This document shows positions 47,327 to 55,957 of a stretch of DNA of 64,000 bases, piece after piece. The DNA lies in contig JAKSNT010000001.1 of the NCBI GenBank assembly GCA_024399575.1, forward strand, positions 9,124 to 73,123, given 5' to 3'. Each line of letters opens with the position of its first letter. Position 1 is the stretch's first letter. A program made the position numbers and the translations under genes. The stretch comes from Paludibacteraceae bacterium. GTDB taxonomy: Bacteria; Bacteroidota; Bacteroidia; Bacteroidales; Paludibacteraceae. The notes below the pieces were generated by a model. It searched no databases. It was not told where the DNA came from and worked only from the letters and a program-made list of their open reading frames with translations.

Positions 47327-47334
47327 CAAAGTTA
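47327..47334 (-). promoter_or_regulatory. -7 promoter box (TAACTTTG on minus strand)
   Basis: Plus strand reads caaagtta, upstream of the 46854-47252 gene. Confidence 0.5.
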
Positions 47335-47457
47335 CAACACTTTTTTGAATTGGCAAAGCAAATGTTGAATTATTTTTTTTGTTGCTGATGTTGTAATGCA
47401 AGTCTCGCATTTGGTGATGACAAAATATTGGCTTGGTATTCATCATCGCTCGTTGGG

Positions 47458-47506
47458 TGAAAAAAAAGGAATCATACTGGACAGGGCAAGTCCGATATGA
47501 TTCCTG
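47458..47506 (-). terminator. rho-independent terminator of the 47548-47817 gene
   Basis: On the minus strand, aggaatcata...tatgattcct forms a 10-bp stem followed by a T-run (plus-strand A-run 47459-47467). Confidence 0.7.
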
Positions 47507-47547
47507 AATATAGGCTTGAAATCAATTCCTAAACTGCTGATGGAGGC

Positions 47548-47817
47548 TTATTTGGAAACCCTTTTTGTTTTCAGGGGTTTGTTTTTTATGCCGATTTTAT
47601 TTGCCAATCTGAGTTTCGGATTGTTTTTTGCATTGTTTTTTCTGTAAAGTTGAATATCACGGAAATTTGCATGTGCTTTTACCTTTTTGACTTCTGTCTT
47701 TTCCTCAGAAACCGTTGTGGTGGCATCTGATTTCTTTTCGTTCTGGACAGGCTGCTGTGCATTGGCACTGCAACATACTGCTGTGAAAACTACCAAAGAG
47801 AAAAATAAATTTTTCAT
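47548..47817 (-). CDS. small secreted Lys-rich hypothetical protein
   Basis: Signal peptide MKNLFFSLVVFTAVCCSANAQ and a basic C-terminal half. Has its own terminator. Confidence 0.5.
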   Translation of the reverse strand: MKNLFFSLVVFTAVCCSANAQQPVQNEKKSDATTTVSEEKTEVKKVKAHANFRDIQLYRKNNAKNNPKLRLANKIGIKNKPLKTKRVSK

Positions 47818-47950
47818 AGTCGTAAATGTTTTATGTGATTAAACTTTTTGTGTTTCGTTTGCTGTTTTGACTTGCGGGGAGTATAATGGGTTTAATACAA
47901 GTGAAAAAAAATTTTTATGGAAAAATGTTTTTCGTGTCAAAAAAATGTTG

Positions 47951-47958
47951 TAACTTTG
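47951..47958 (+). promoter_or_regulatory. -7 promoter box TAACTTTG
   Basis: Lies 88 nt upstream of the tonB-like ATG at 48046. Confidence 0.45.
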
Positions 47959-48045
47959 CGCTCGAAAATACGTATATATATGCTATATGTGGAAAGTAAT
48001 ATAGTATGTATATTGTAAATAATTGAAATTTAATAAAATAGTAAT

Positions 48046-48744
48046 ATGCAGTTAAAGAAATCAGCAAACGCTAATTTGGAAGACAAGCGTTTGACTTATG
48101 TGTTAATCGGGTTAGTTTTCGCCCTGTCGGTGCTTTACGTTGCGTTTGAATGGACTTCTTCAGACGTTACAGTTGCCGAAATTACCGATGAAATGGTTGA
48201 GCAGTTCGAGCCGGAAATTGAAATTGACCAGACATTGCAGGATGACAAAACACCTCCACCACCAGAACCTGAAATTCCTGAGGAGCAGATTCCCGACGTG
48301 ATAGAGATTGTAGATAACAGCAAAGAGACCCAGACAATCAAGCTTTCGTCTGAAGATGACCAGAATAAAAAAATAGACATAGCGCCAGTTGTTAAACTTG
48401 AAGAACCTGAAGAAGACCCAGATGAAATTTTTAGGGTCGTAGAGAAACAACCTGAGTTCCCAGGTGGTATGAATGCATTGGCTAAATTTTTTCAGTCGAA
48501 TATACGTTATCCAGTCATGGCTCAGGAGATGGGTATTCAGGGAAAGTGTATCTGTGAGTTTGTTGTCAACAAGGATGGCTCTGTTCAGGATGTCGTTGTA
48601 GTACGTTCGGCAGGAGATCCGTCGCTTGACGATGAGGCAGTTCGTCTTGTGAGAAAAATGCCTAGATGGAAACCAGGTGAACAGCGTGGCAAACCAGTTA
48701 GATGTAAGTTTGTTGTACCTGTGACATTCAAGATTGCACATTAA
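48046..48744 (+). CDS. tonB: energy transducer TonB
   Basis: N-terminal TM anchor, Pro/Glu-rich linker (PPPPEPEIPEEQIP) and the C-terminal TonB domain EKQPEFPGGMNAL...RWKPGEQRGKPV. Confidence 0.88.
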   Translation: MQLKKSANANLEDKRLTYVLIGLVFALSVLYVAFEWTSSDVTVAEITDEMVEQFEPEIEIDQTLQDDKTPPPPEPEIPEEQIPDVIEIVDNSKETQTIKLSSEDDQNKKIDIAPVVKLEEPEEDPDEIFRVVEKQPEFPGGMNALAKFFQSNIRYPVMAQEMGIQGKCICEFVVNKDGSVQDVVVVRSAGDPSLDDEAVRLVRKMPRWKPGEQRGKPVRCKFVVPVTFKIAH

Positions 48745-48838
48745 TCAATATGTGATTATAAAAACGTGTAGCCGCTGACGAGGAGAAGAGAAGCCCGTGA
48801 ATGCTGCACTGATATTAACTCTTTAAAATTCATTGAAT

Positions 48839-49186
48839 ATGGATTTCATTAAAATTGCGGAAGAAGCTTTCGCGGGAGAAAAGAAAGAGTTTCCTAAGTT
48901 CAAGAGTGGTGATACTATCACCCTTGACTATCGTATCAAAGAGGGAAACAAGGAACGTATCCAGAAGTATCGTGGTGTAGTCATCAAAATGACTGGTCAT
49001 GGCTGCAGCAAGCGTATCACTGTACGTAAGATTTCGGATGGCGTAGGTGTAGAACGTATTTTCCCAATGAATTCTCCATTTATTGAGGAAATCAAGCTTG
49101 ACAAAGTTGGTAAGGTTCGTCGTGCAAAACTTTATTATTTGCGCAAACTTACCGGAAAGGCAGCTCGTATCACTGAGAAACGTTGA
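48839..49186 (+). CDS. rplS: 50S ribosomal protein L19
   Basis: [30 protein letters not shown] and [12 protein letters not shown] motifs. Start trimmed from TTG 48833. Confidence 0.95.
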   Translation: MDFIKIAEEAFAGEKKEFPKFKSGDTITLDYRIKEGNKERIQKYRGVVIKMTGHGCSKRITVRKISDGVGVERIFPMNSPFIEEIKLDKVGKVRRAKLYYLRKLTGKAARITEKR

Positions 49187-49214
49187 TTCTGTTTGCTTTG
49201 AAAAGATGATGATG

Positions 49215-49250
49215 CGGCACTCAAATTTGTATTTGGGTGCTGTTTTTTTT
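49215..49250 (+). terminator. rho-independent terminator after rplS
   Basis: Stem gcactcaaat (49217-49226) / atttgggtgc (49231-49240) with one G-U pair, followed by a T8 run. Confidence 0.8.
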
Positions 49251-49285
49251 ATTAGTAAAAATTTGGTGGGATAAGAAATATTGAG

Positions 49286-49293
49286 TAAATTTG
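49286..49293 (+). promoter_or_regulatory. -7 promoter box TAAATTTG for polA
   Basis: Lies 19 nt upstream of ATG 49312. Confidence 0.6.
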
Positions 49294-49311
49294 CAGCGAA
49301 AAGTCTTATTT

Positions 49312-52047
49312 ATGAAAAGATTAATTCTTTTAGATGCGTATGCACTGATATACAGAGCTTATTATGCTTTTTTGAGAATGCCGAGAATCAATTCTAAAGG
49401 GCATAATACATCAGCGATTTTTGGTTTTGTGAATACGATGGAGGATGTTATAAATAGGTATCAGCCAACGCATATTGGAGTTGTGTTCGACCCAGGTGGC
49501 GGACATACCTTCCGGCATGAGGTCTATCCTGAATACAAGGCGACACGCGAGGCTACGCCTGAAGATATCAGATTCGCGCTTCCTTATATAAAAAAGATAA
49601 TAGAGGCAAGGAATATACCAGCAGTGACCGTTGATGGGTATGAGGCTGATGACGTGATAGGCACGTTGGCTGGCAAAGCTGCAGAATATGATTTCGAAGT
49701 TCTGATGATGACACCAGATAAGGATTATGGGCAGCTTGTGACTGACAGGATTCGTATCTTGAAGCCTGGGTTGGGAAGCTCGCAGTCTGAAATATGGGGG
49801 GAGAAGGAGGTCGCAGCGAAATGGGGATTGAAGAGTGCCGCACAGGTGGTGGACCTGTTGGCTCTGATGGGCGATGCGTCGGACAATGTGCCTGGTTGTC
49901 CGGGTGTCGGAGAAAAAACGGCTGTCAAGTTGCTGAACGAGTATGGCACTGTGGAAAATATGCTGGAGCATGTAGGCGAGATAAAAGGAGCTTTGCAGAA
50001 AAAAATAGAAGAAGGGCGAGAAAAAATTGAATTTTCGAAGTTCCTGGTTACTATAAAGAGAGACGTTCCGGTGACTTTCAATGAGGACGATTATGCAGTC
50101 AAGCCAGCCAATATGGGCGAATTGGCGAAGATATATGAGGAACTGGAATTCCGGATTCTTTTGCAGAAGATGAATGTGCAGAGAGATCAGGCTTCGCTGT
50201 TTGGCGATGACGTGCAGATTGAAAACGAGACAGAATCCGTAAGTAGTCTTGCGACTCTTGCAGACTGGGAGCATGAGTATCAATGTGTGGAAGATGTCGC
50301 TGAACTGGTTGAAAGACTGAACTCCTGCAAAAGGTTTAGTTTCGACACTGAGACAACCTCGACAGATGCCCTGAGTGCTGAACTTGTCGGAATGTCGTTT
50401 GCAATTGAAGAGGGGAAAGCCTATTATGTGCCAGTCCCTCAAGAACGTGAGAAGGCGCTGTCGCTGGTCGAGAAGTTCAGAGAAGTGCTGGAAAATCCGT
50501 CTATTGGCAAAATAGGTCAGAATATCAAGTACGATCTGATAGTGCTTGGGAATTATGGTGTGGAGGTGAAAGGCGAGATAGATGATACAATGGTGGCTCA
50601 TTATCTGTTGCAACCTGAAATGCGTCATGGTATGGATTATTTGGCAGAAATCCTGCTGAATTATAAGACTATACATATTGAGGAACTGATAGGCGAAGGA
50701 AAGAAACAAAAGTGCATGAGGGATGTCAGTGTGGAGCGTGTTGCGGAATATGCTGCTGAGGATGCTGATGTTACACTGAGGCTATACAATAAGCTTATGC
50801 CTGAACTGGAAAAAGTCGGTATCATAAGTCTTTACAGAGATGTGGAGATGCCTCTGGTTGAAGTTTTGGCGAGAATGGAGAGAAGAGGAGTACCGGTGGA
50901 CGATTTTGTGTTGAACCAAGTGGCTGGTCAGATGAATGGCGAATTGCGTGAAATCGAACGTAAGATAAAGTTGACGTCTGGAGAGAATGTGAATATCAGT
51001 TCGCCAAAACAGGTGGGGGAATTGCTGTTCGACAAATTGAAATTGTCTGATAAACCAAAAAGGACGAAAACTGGACAGTATGTTACTGATGAAGAGACTT
51101 TGGAGCAGCTGAGATATAGGCATGAAGTGGTAGGATTGATATTGGATTACCGTGGACTGAAAAAACTGTTGAGCACATACATTGAGGCTTTGCCAAAACT
51201 TATGAACGAAGAAACTGGGAGAGTGCATACTTCGTTCAATCAGACGGTTACTGCTACGGGCAGACTTTCATCGTCAAATCCTAACCTGCAGAACATACCA
51301 GTCAGGGATGAACAGGGGAAGGGTATCAGGAAAGCTTTTGTGGCAACTGAAGGTTGCAAGTTTGTTTCGGCAGATTATTCGCAGGTCGAGTTGAGACTGA
51401 TGGCTCATTTTTCGGGCGATGAGAATTTGGTTGCTGCTTTTCAGGCTGGCGATGATGTCCACAGCGCAACAGCATCCAAGGTGTTTCGTGTGCCAATGGA
51501 CGAAGTGACAAAGGAGATGAGACGAAAGGCAAAGACAATCAATTTCGGTATTATATACGGAATGTCGGTCTTTGGAATGTCAGAACGGTTAGGTATTTCG
51601 AGAGGTGAAGCAAAGGAGTTCATTGATGGCTATTTCGAGAATTTCAGTGGAGTGAAGAAATATATGGAGGAGACTATAGCAAAGGCGCAAAAAGACGGAT
51701 ATGTCGAGACTTTGCTACACAGACGCAGATATTTGCCAGATATCAATTCGAAAAATGCCAATGTTAGGGGCTTTGCGGAGAGAAATGCAATAAATGCTCC
51801 AATTCAGGGTACGGCGGCAGATATAATAAAGATAGCGATGGTGAGGATTGATAGACGCCTGAGGGAAGAGGGATTGAAGGCTGAAATGATTCTTCAGGTA
51901 CATGACGAGTTGAATTTCAATTGTCCAGATGGCGAGGTTGACAGGTTGAAAACGATTATTCGTGCTGAAATGGAAAATGCCGTACAACTGACTGTTCCTT
52001 TGAGCGTTGAAATAGGTGTGGGACAAGACTGGCTCGAAGCTCATTGA
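49312..52047 (+). CDS. polA: DNA polymerase I
   Basis: 5'-nuclease N-terminus (LLDAYALIYRAYYAF), 3'-5' exo motif FDTETTS and polymerase motifs DYSQVELR, KTINFGIIYG, QVHDEL. Start trimmed from TTG 49291. Confidence 0.95.
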   Translation: MKRLILLDAYALIYRAYYAFLRMPRINSKGHNTSAIFGFVNTMEDVINRYQPTHIGVVFDPGGGHTFRHEVYPEYKATREATPEDIRFALPYIKKIIEARNIPAVTVDGYEADDVIGTLAGKAAEYDFEVLMMTPDKDYGQLVTDRIRILKPGLGSSQSEIWGEKEVAAKWGLKSAAQVVDLLALMGDASDNVPGCPGVGEKTAVKLLNEYGTVENMLEHVGEIKGALQKKIEEGREKIEFSKFLVTIKRDVPVTFNEDDYAVKPANMGELAKIYEELEFRILLQKMNVQRDQASLFGDDVQIENETESVSSLATLADWEHEYQCVEDVAELVERLNSCKRFSFDTETTSTDALSAELVGMSFAIEEGKAYYVPVPQEREKALSLVEKFREVLENPSIGKIGQNIKYDLIVLGNYGVEVKGEIDDTMVAHYLLQPEMRHGMDYLAEILLNYKTIHIEELIGEGKKQKCMRDVSVERVAEYAAEDADVTLRLYNKLMPELEKVGIISLYRDVEMPLVEVLARMERRGVPVDDFVLNQVAGQMNGELREIERKIKLTSGENVNISSPKQVGELLFDKLKLSDKPKRTKTGQYVTDEETLEQLRYRHEVVGLILDYRGLKKLLSTYIEALPKLMNEETGRVHTSFNQTVTATGRLSSSNPNLQNIPVRDEQGKGIRKAFVATEGCKFVSADYSQVELRLMAHFSGDENLVAAFQAGDDVHSATASKVFRVPMDEVTKEMRRKAKTINFGIIYGMSVFGMSERLGISRGEAKEFIDGYFENFSGVKKYMEETIAKAQKDGYVETLLHRRRYLPDINSKNANVRGFAERNAINAPIQGTAADIIKIAMVRIDRRLREEGLKAEMILQVHDELNFNCPDGEVDRLKTIIRAEMENAVQLTVPLSVEIGVGQDWLEAH

Positions 52048-52077
52048 TATTGATTAAACGAATATAAATTACATGAT

Positions 52078-52818
52078 ATGATAAACGGTAAGAAAATTGT
52101 TGTCGTAATGCCGGCATATAATGCCGAGAAGACATTGGAGCAGACCTATAAAGAGATTCCAATGGATATTGTTGATGAAGTGATATTGACTGATGACTGT
52201 TCGAAAGACAATACAGTGGAAAAAGCGCACGAGCTTGGAATTCGTGAGGTGTTGGTGCATGACAAGAACAGAGGATATGGCGGAAACCAGAAGACATGCT
52301 ATAACCGTGCATTGGAACTTGGTGCAGACATTGTCATCATGGTTCACCCTGATTATCAATACACTCCTCTGTTAGTCCATTCTATGGCATATATGATTGC
52401 CAATGGGGTATATCCCGTATGTCTTGCTTCGAGAATATTGGGTAAGGGTGCACTGAAAGGCGGAATGCCATGGTATAAATATGTGGCAAACCGTTTGTTG
52501 ACTTTTGGACAGAATGTGCTTATGAATCAGAAACTTTCGGAGTATCATACTGGATATAGGGCATTTTCGGCAGAGGTGCTCAGAAATATCAATTATAATG
52601 CTGATTCTGATGATTTCGTATTGGATAACGAGATGCTGGCACAGATTTTCTATAAGGGTTACGAGATAGGCGAGATGACTTGTCCGACAAAATATTTTGA
52701 TGAGGCATCGTCGATTAACTTGAAACGCTCGTCGATTTACGGTCTGGGTGTCATCAGAGTGTCATTTGCCTATCGCTTGTGCAAGTGGGGCTTGATGAAG
52801 TCGAAACTGTTTGAATAA
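52078..52818 (+). CDS. family 2 glycosyltransferase (polyprenyl-phosphate sugar synthase-like, DPM1/ArnC type)
   Basis: VVMPAYNAE and TDDCSKDNT (DxD-like) motifs. 246 aa, soluble. Immediately followed by a GtrA-family gene. Confidence 0.75.
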   Translation: MINGKKIVVVMPAYNAEKTLEQTYKEIPMDIVDEVILTDDCSKDNTVEKAHELGIREVLVHDKNRGYGGNQKTCYNRALELGADIVIMVHPDYQYTPLLVHSMAYMIANGVYPVCLASRILGKGALKGGMPWYKYVANRLLTFGQNVLMNQKLSEYHTGYRAFSAEVLRNINYNADSDDFVLDNEMLAQIFYKGYEIGEMTCPTKYFDEASSINLKRSSIYGLGVIRVSFAYRLCKWGLMKSKLFE

Positions 52819-53208
52819 ATGTTCAGGCAACTATACAGATATTGTCTGTCAGGCGGATTGGCGTTTGTTGTCGATGCTACTACTTTATGGTTGCTCACTG
52901 TGAAATTCGGTGTATATTATCAGGTGGGAGTGGCTGTAGGGTATCTCTTTGGGTTGACAATCACCTATCTCATGGCAACGCTCTGGATTTTCGATGAGCA
53001 CAGGACAGACAACAAAATAGTTGAATTCATGATATTTGCTGCGATAGGAGCAGTCGGTATGGCGTTGACACAAGCTATCATGTGGCTTATGGTTGATGTC
53101 GCTGGAATGAATGTGATGATTGGAAAGGTTATTACTACTGGGATAGTTACAATATTTAATTTTTTCGCGAAGAAGATAATATTGTTTACTTGTGGAGGAA
53201 AGCATTAA
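52819..53208 (+). CDS. GtrA family membrane protein
   Basis: 129 aa with 4 TM segments. N-terminal YRYCLSGGLAFVVD is typical of GtrA-like proteins. Confidence 0.75.
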   Translation: MFRQLYRYCLSGGLAFVVDATTLWLLTVKFGVYYQVGVAVGYLFGLTITYLMATLWIFDEHRTDNKIVEFMIFAAIGAVGMALTQAIMWLMVDVAGMNVMIGKVITTGIVTIFNFFAKKIILFTCGGKH

Positions 53209-53220
53209 AATTTTTTGTTT

Positions 53221-55905
53221 ATGAAGAAACTATGTCTATTGACCGTTTTGGTATGTTTTTGCATTGACCATAGTTTGGCTGTGTTGCCACCGGAAGGAAC
53301 ATTTGAATGGGGAATGAGTGTCCCTTTCACTGTGGATTACAAGGACAGCATAACGTTGAATGTCACGTCGGCAACTGTGAACAATTTTACGGTTACGTAT
53401 GAGTTGGCTGATCAAGGGTTGGCTAAATATGTTGATATTGTGGGCAACGTCCTCAAGGTGAAGAAACATTATCCAGGTACCTGTATTGATGGAACCAGCG
53501 GCCATTCTGAGGATCATGACATAGTAATTGTTGCCAATATAAGCGGAATGGCTGAATATGATGACACATATCTGACTGCAACCATGCAGACAAGACGTAT
53601 TTCTCCTATGTTGAGGTGGAACTCGTCAGTCAGGGATATGACTTATGGGAGTTCCCAGAAACTGTCGGTAGTCCACGATAATGGTGATAGTGCAGTAAGT
53701 ATTGTTTACGATTCGTATGATGCAAATTCTTCGCCTTCGTTCTGTGTGTCAATCGACAATTCAACAGGAGTAATGACAGCAACTAAACTTGGCAGTGGAG
53801 TAACTGTAAAGGCTATTATCAACCAGACTGACAATTACAATGCTGATACCATTCCATATCATACTGCTATAAGTATCACAAAAGGTTATCGAGACATCAG
53901 TTGGGACAGTACCGATTTGTCTGGGTTGAACAATCTGACAGGCAAGATAAAGGTTGACCTCAGATATGGTGATCAGGCTGATCCTTTTACGGTTGAAAGC
54001 AGTAATCTGAATGTCGCTTCGTTCCAAAATGGGTATATTTGCATTCACGATACAGGTACTGTGAAACTCACTGCGAGAGTTGGTGGAACAGATAATTATT
54101 TCGATGCATCGAAAGACACGACGATACGTATAGCGACAGCAATGACGACTGCCGAATGGGAGGATGATTTCATTGCTGGTTTGGAAAGTTATGATTTCAT
54201 TAGCTCGACTCTGAAAGACTATAATTTGAACTATTGGTGTAGGTCGAACTATGGTGACGAAGCTAAGTACCATTTTAAGTCGTTGAATCCTGATATTGCA
54301 ACCATTGACAATGATACTTTATTGACCTGTTTCAAGACTGGAGCATTGGAAATTGAGGCTTATGCAACTTCTAAAGGTGGACAATCTGCCACTATTAGGC
54401 GAGTTGTGAATGTGGCAAGGGGTAAGATGCAGTTCGTGAAACCCGGTGACTGGGATGACAGCACATGCTGGTCGAGACCTGACCTGAAACCCAGCAGTGT
54501 GGATCATTTAGTCGAGATCTTGGCGAAATGTCGTATAAAAGAGGGTATTGAGGCTGATTGCTACAGATTGACGGTGTTTGCAAATGGTTCGTTGACTTTG
54601 GACCCTGGTGCAGAATTGCTCGTTGAGGACAGCTTGATAAATAATAGCGAGGAGCAATATCTGAAGTTGGGGGCTGACAATACAAGTCAATCGTATCTCC
54701 GTTTCAGGTATGGCGAGCCGAGAGCGAGAATCCAGCGTTATCTGGATATGAAAATAAGGAATGGGGAAGATACGGTTTGGAGTTATTGTGGAGCGCCAGG
54801 CAAGGATGTCGTGATGAGGAACCTGAATCTGAAGAAGCGGATCCAGTGGTGGAATGACGGGAAATGGGAGAACGAGAGACAGATGCTTGTCAATATGGAT
54901 GCATGGAAGGGCTACAGGGTGGCGGATTCGATACCCGCCTTATACGATTTTGACTGCAAGTTGCTGTCAGGCAATCATAGGTATGACCTGACTTACAGGG
55001 AGACTCATGACGATAAGGGTCGCTGGAATTTCATAACCAACAGTTATTCCGCACCAATCGAAATAAGCGAGATGCAGTTCTATGGTGCAAATTCCGAAGT
55101 CTATTTCTTCAATGGCGAGCGGTGGGTGTCAAGTCCTAAATTCCTGGCTTCTGTTTTGGGCTATCCAGACAGGATAGAACCTGGTTTGGGCGTTTTCGTG
55201 CGTTCAAGGGAGTCGGGGGCGCATGTGGATGTGGATTATGAAAATGCAGTATGGAACCCTATGATTCATGAAACAGATGCCAATATTCTGAAAATAGCCG
55301 TTCGAGGTATTCATAGCAATGACACTGTAGCATTGGTCGTAAACAGCGGTAGCAGCGATGCCTATGATGATGGTTATGACGGCGAGAAATGGACAGATGC
55401 GGAACTGATGCCTATGATTTATGTTACGAACAAATGGGGAAGGGCTTCGGTTAATGCTTCAAGAAACATTGTCGGACAAAAGATAGGGTTCAAGGCTGGA
55501 ATAGGTGGCGAAAATTACACGTTGAGTTTTGATGCCCGGCATTTGAGAGGATTTAGTCAGTTGTATCTGTTTGACTTGAAGACACAGGCATTTGTTGATG
55601 TGCTGGCAGGAGAGGAATATTCGTTCACGGGCGATATCCTCGGCGATGATGAGAGATTCACACTGATGACGGAGAGGGTTGATATACAAAAGAGCAACGG
55701 AAGGAGTATCATCGTCGTCGGCAATAGGGTGTTGCTTGTCGGCTTTGACGGAAGTAATATTCCTGTCAGGGTGATGACGATGGATGGAAAGATTGTTTAT
55801 CAATTCATGAGTTCTGAGGGACCTTGGGTTGAACTGCCGTCGTTGCTGAGCGGTGTATATATCATTAATGCAGGCAAGACTTCGACAAAATTCTATTCAA
55901 AGTAA
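53221..55905 (+). CDS. large secreted protein with Big_2-like Ig repeats and probable T9SS C-terminal domain
   Basis: Signal peptide. Repeated G-x-V/A-x-[IL]xA blocks (KLGSGVTVKAII, DTGTVKLTARV, KTGALEIEAYA). C-terminus ...SLLSGVYIINAGKTSTKFYSK. Start trimmed to ATG 53221. Confidence 0.7.
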   Translation: MKKLCLLTVLVCFCIDHSLAVLPPEGTFEWGMSVPFTVDYKDSITLNVTSATVNNFTVTYELADQGLAKYVDIVGNVLKVKKHYPGTCIDGTSGHSEDHDIVIVANISGMAEYDDTYLTATMQTRRISPMLRWNSSVRDMTYGSSQKLSVVHDNGDSAVSIVYDSYDANSSPSFCVSIDNSTGVMTATKLGSGVTVKAIINQTDNYNADTIPYHTAISITKGYRDISWDSTDLSGLNNLTGKIKVDLRYGDQADPFTVESSNLNVASFQNGYICIHDTGTVKLTARVGGTDNYFDASKDTTIRIATAMTTAEWEDDFIAGLESYDFISSTLKDYNLNYWCRSNYGDEAKYHFKSLNPDIATIDNDTLLTCFKTGALEIEAYATSKGGQSATIRRVVNVARGKMQFVKPGDWDDSTCWSRPDLKPSSVDHLVEILAKCRIKEGIEADCYRLTVFANGSLTLDPGAELLVEDSLINNSEEQYLKLGADNTSQSYLRFRYGEPRARIQRYLDMKIRNGEDTVWSYCGAPGKDVVMRNLNLKKRIQWWNDGKWENERQMLVNMDAWKGYRVADSIPALYDFDCKLLSGNHRYDLTYRETHDDKGRWNFITNSYSAPIEISEMQFYGANSEVYFFNGERWVSSPKFLASVLGYPDRIEPGLGVFVRSRESGAHVDVDYENAVWNPMIHETDANILKIAVRGIHSNDTVALVVNSGSSDAYDDGYDGEKWTDAELMPMIYVTNKWGRASVNASRNIVGQKIGFKAGIGGENYTLSFDARHLRGFSQLYLFDLKTQAFVDVLAGEEYSFTGDILGDDERFTLMTERVDIQKSNGRSIIVVGNRVLLVGFDGSNIPVRVMTMDGKIVYQFMSSEGPWVELPSLLSGVYIINAGKTSTKFYSK

Positions 55906-55915
55906 AAGATATAGT

Positions 55916-55948
55916 AATGGCTGTCTGCGTAAAGAACAGACAGCCATT
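55916..55948. terminator. bidirectional terminator hairpin
   Basis: 12-bp stem aatggctgtctg / cagacagccatt with a 9-nt loop and a downstream T-rich tract. Lies between convergent genes. Confidence 0.75.
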
Positions 55949-55957
55949 GCTGTGTTT

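Noticed and set aside
48745-48838. Structured leader or ribosomal-protein autoregulatory element upstream of rplS.
   Set aside because: Only a weak 7-bp stem (gtgtagc / gctgcac) is visible, and it has no resemblance to any leader I can recall. That is not enough evidence.
49411-50709. 432-aa ORF on the minus strand inside polA. Similar long antisense ORFs occur at 45512-46405 (ychF), 62882-63919, 31219-32007, 60464-61255, 44647-45375, 8929-9639 and 10848-11483.
   Set aside because: Each lies exactly antisense to a gene with strong motif support. Their translations are low-information, rich in I, L, H, R, F, N and C, and lack any recognisable motif. They are shadow ORFs caused by codon bias on the sense strand.
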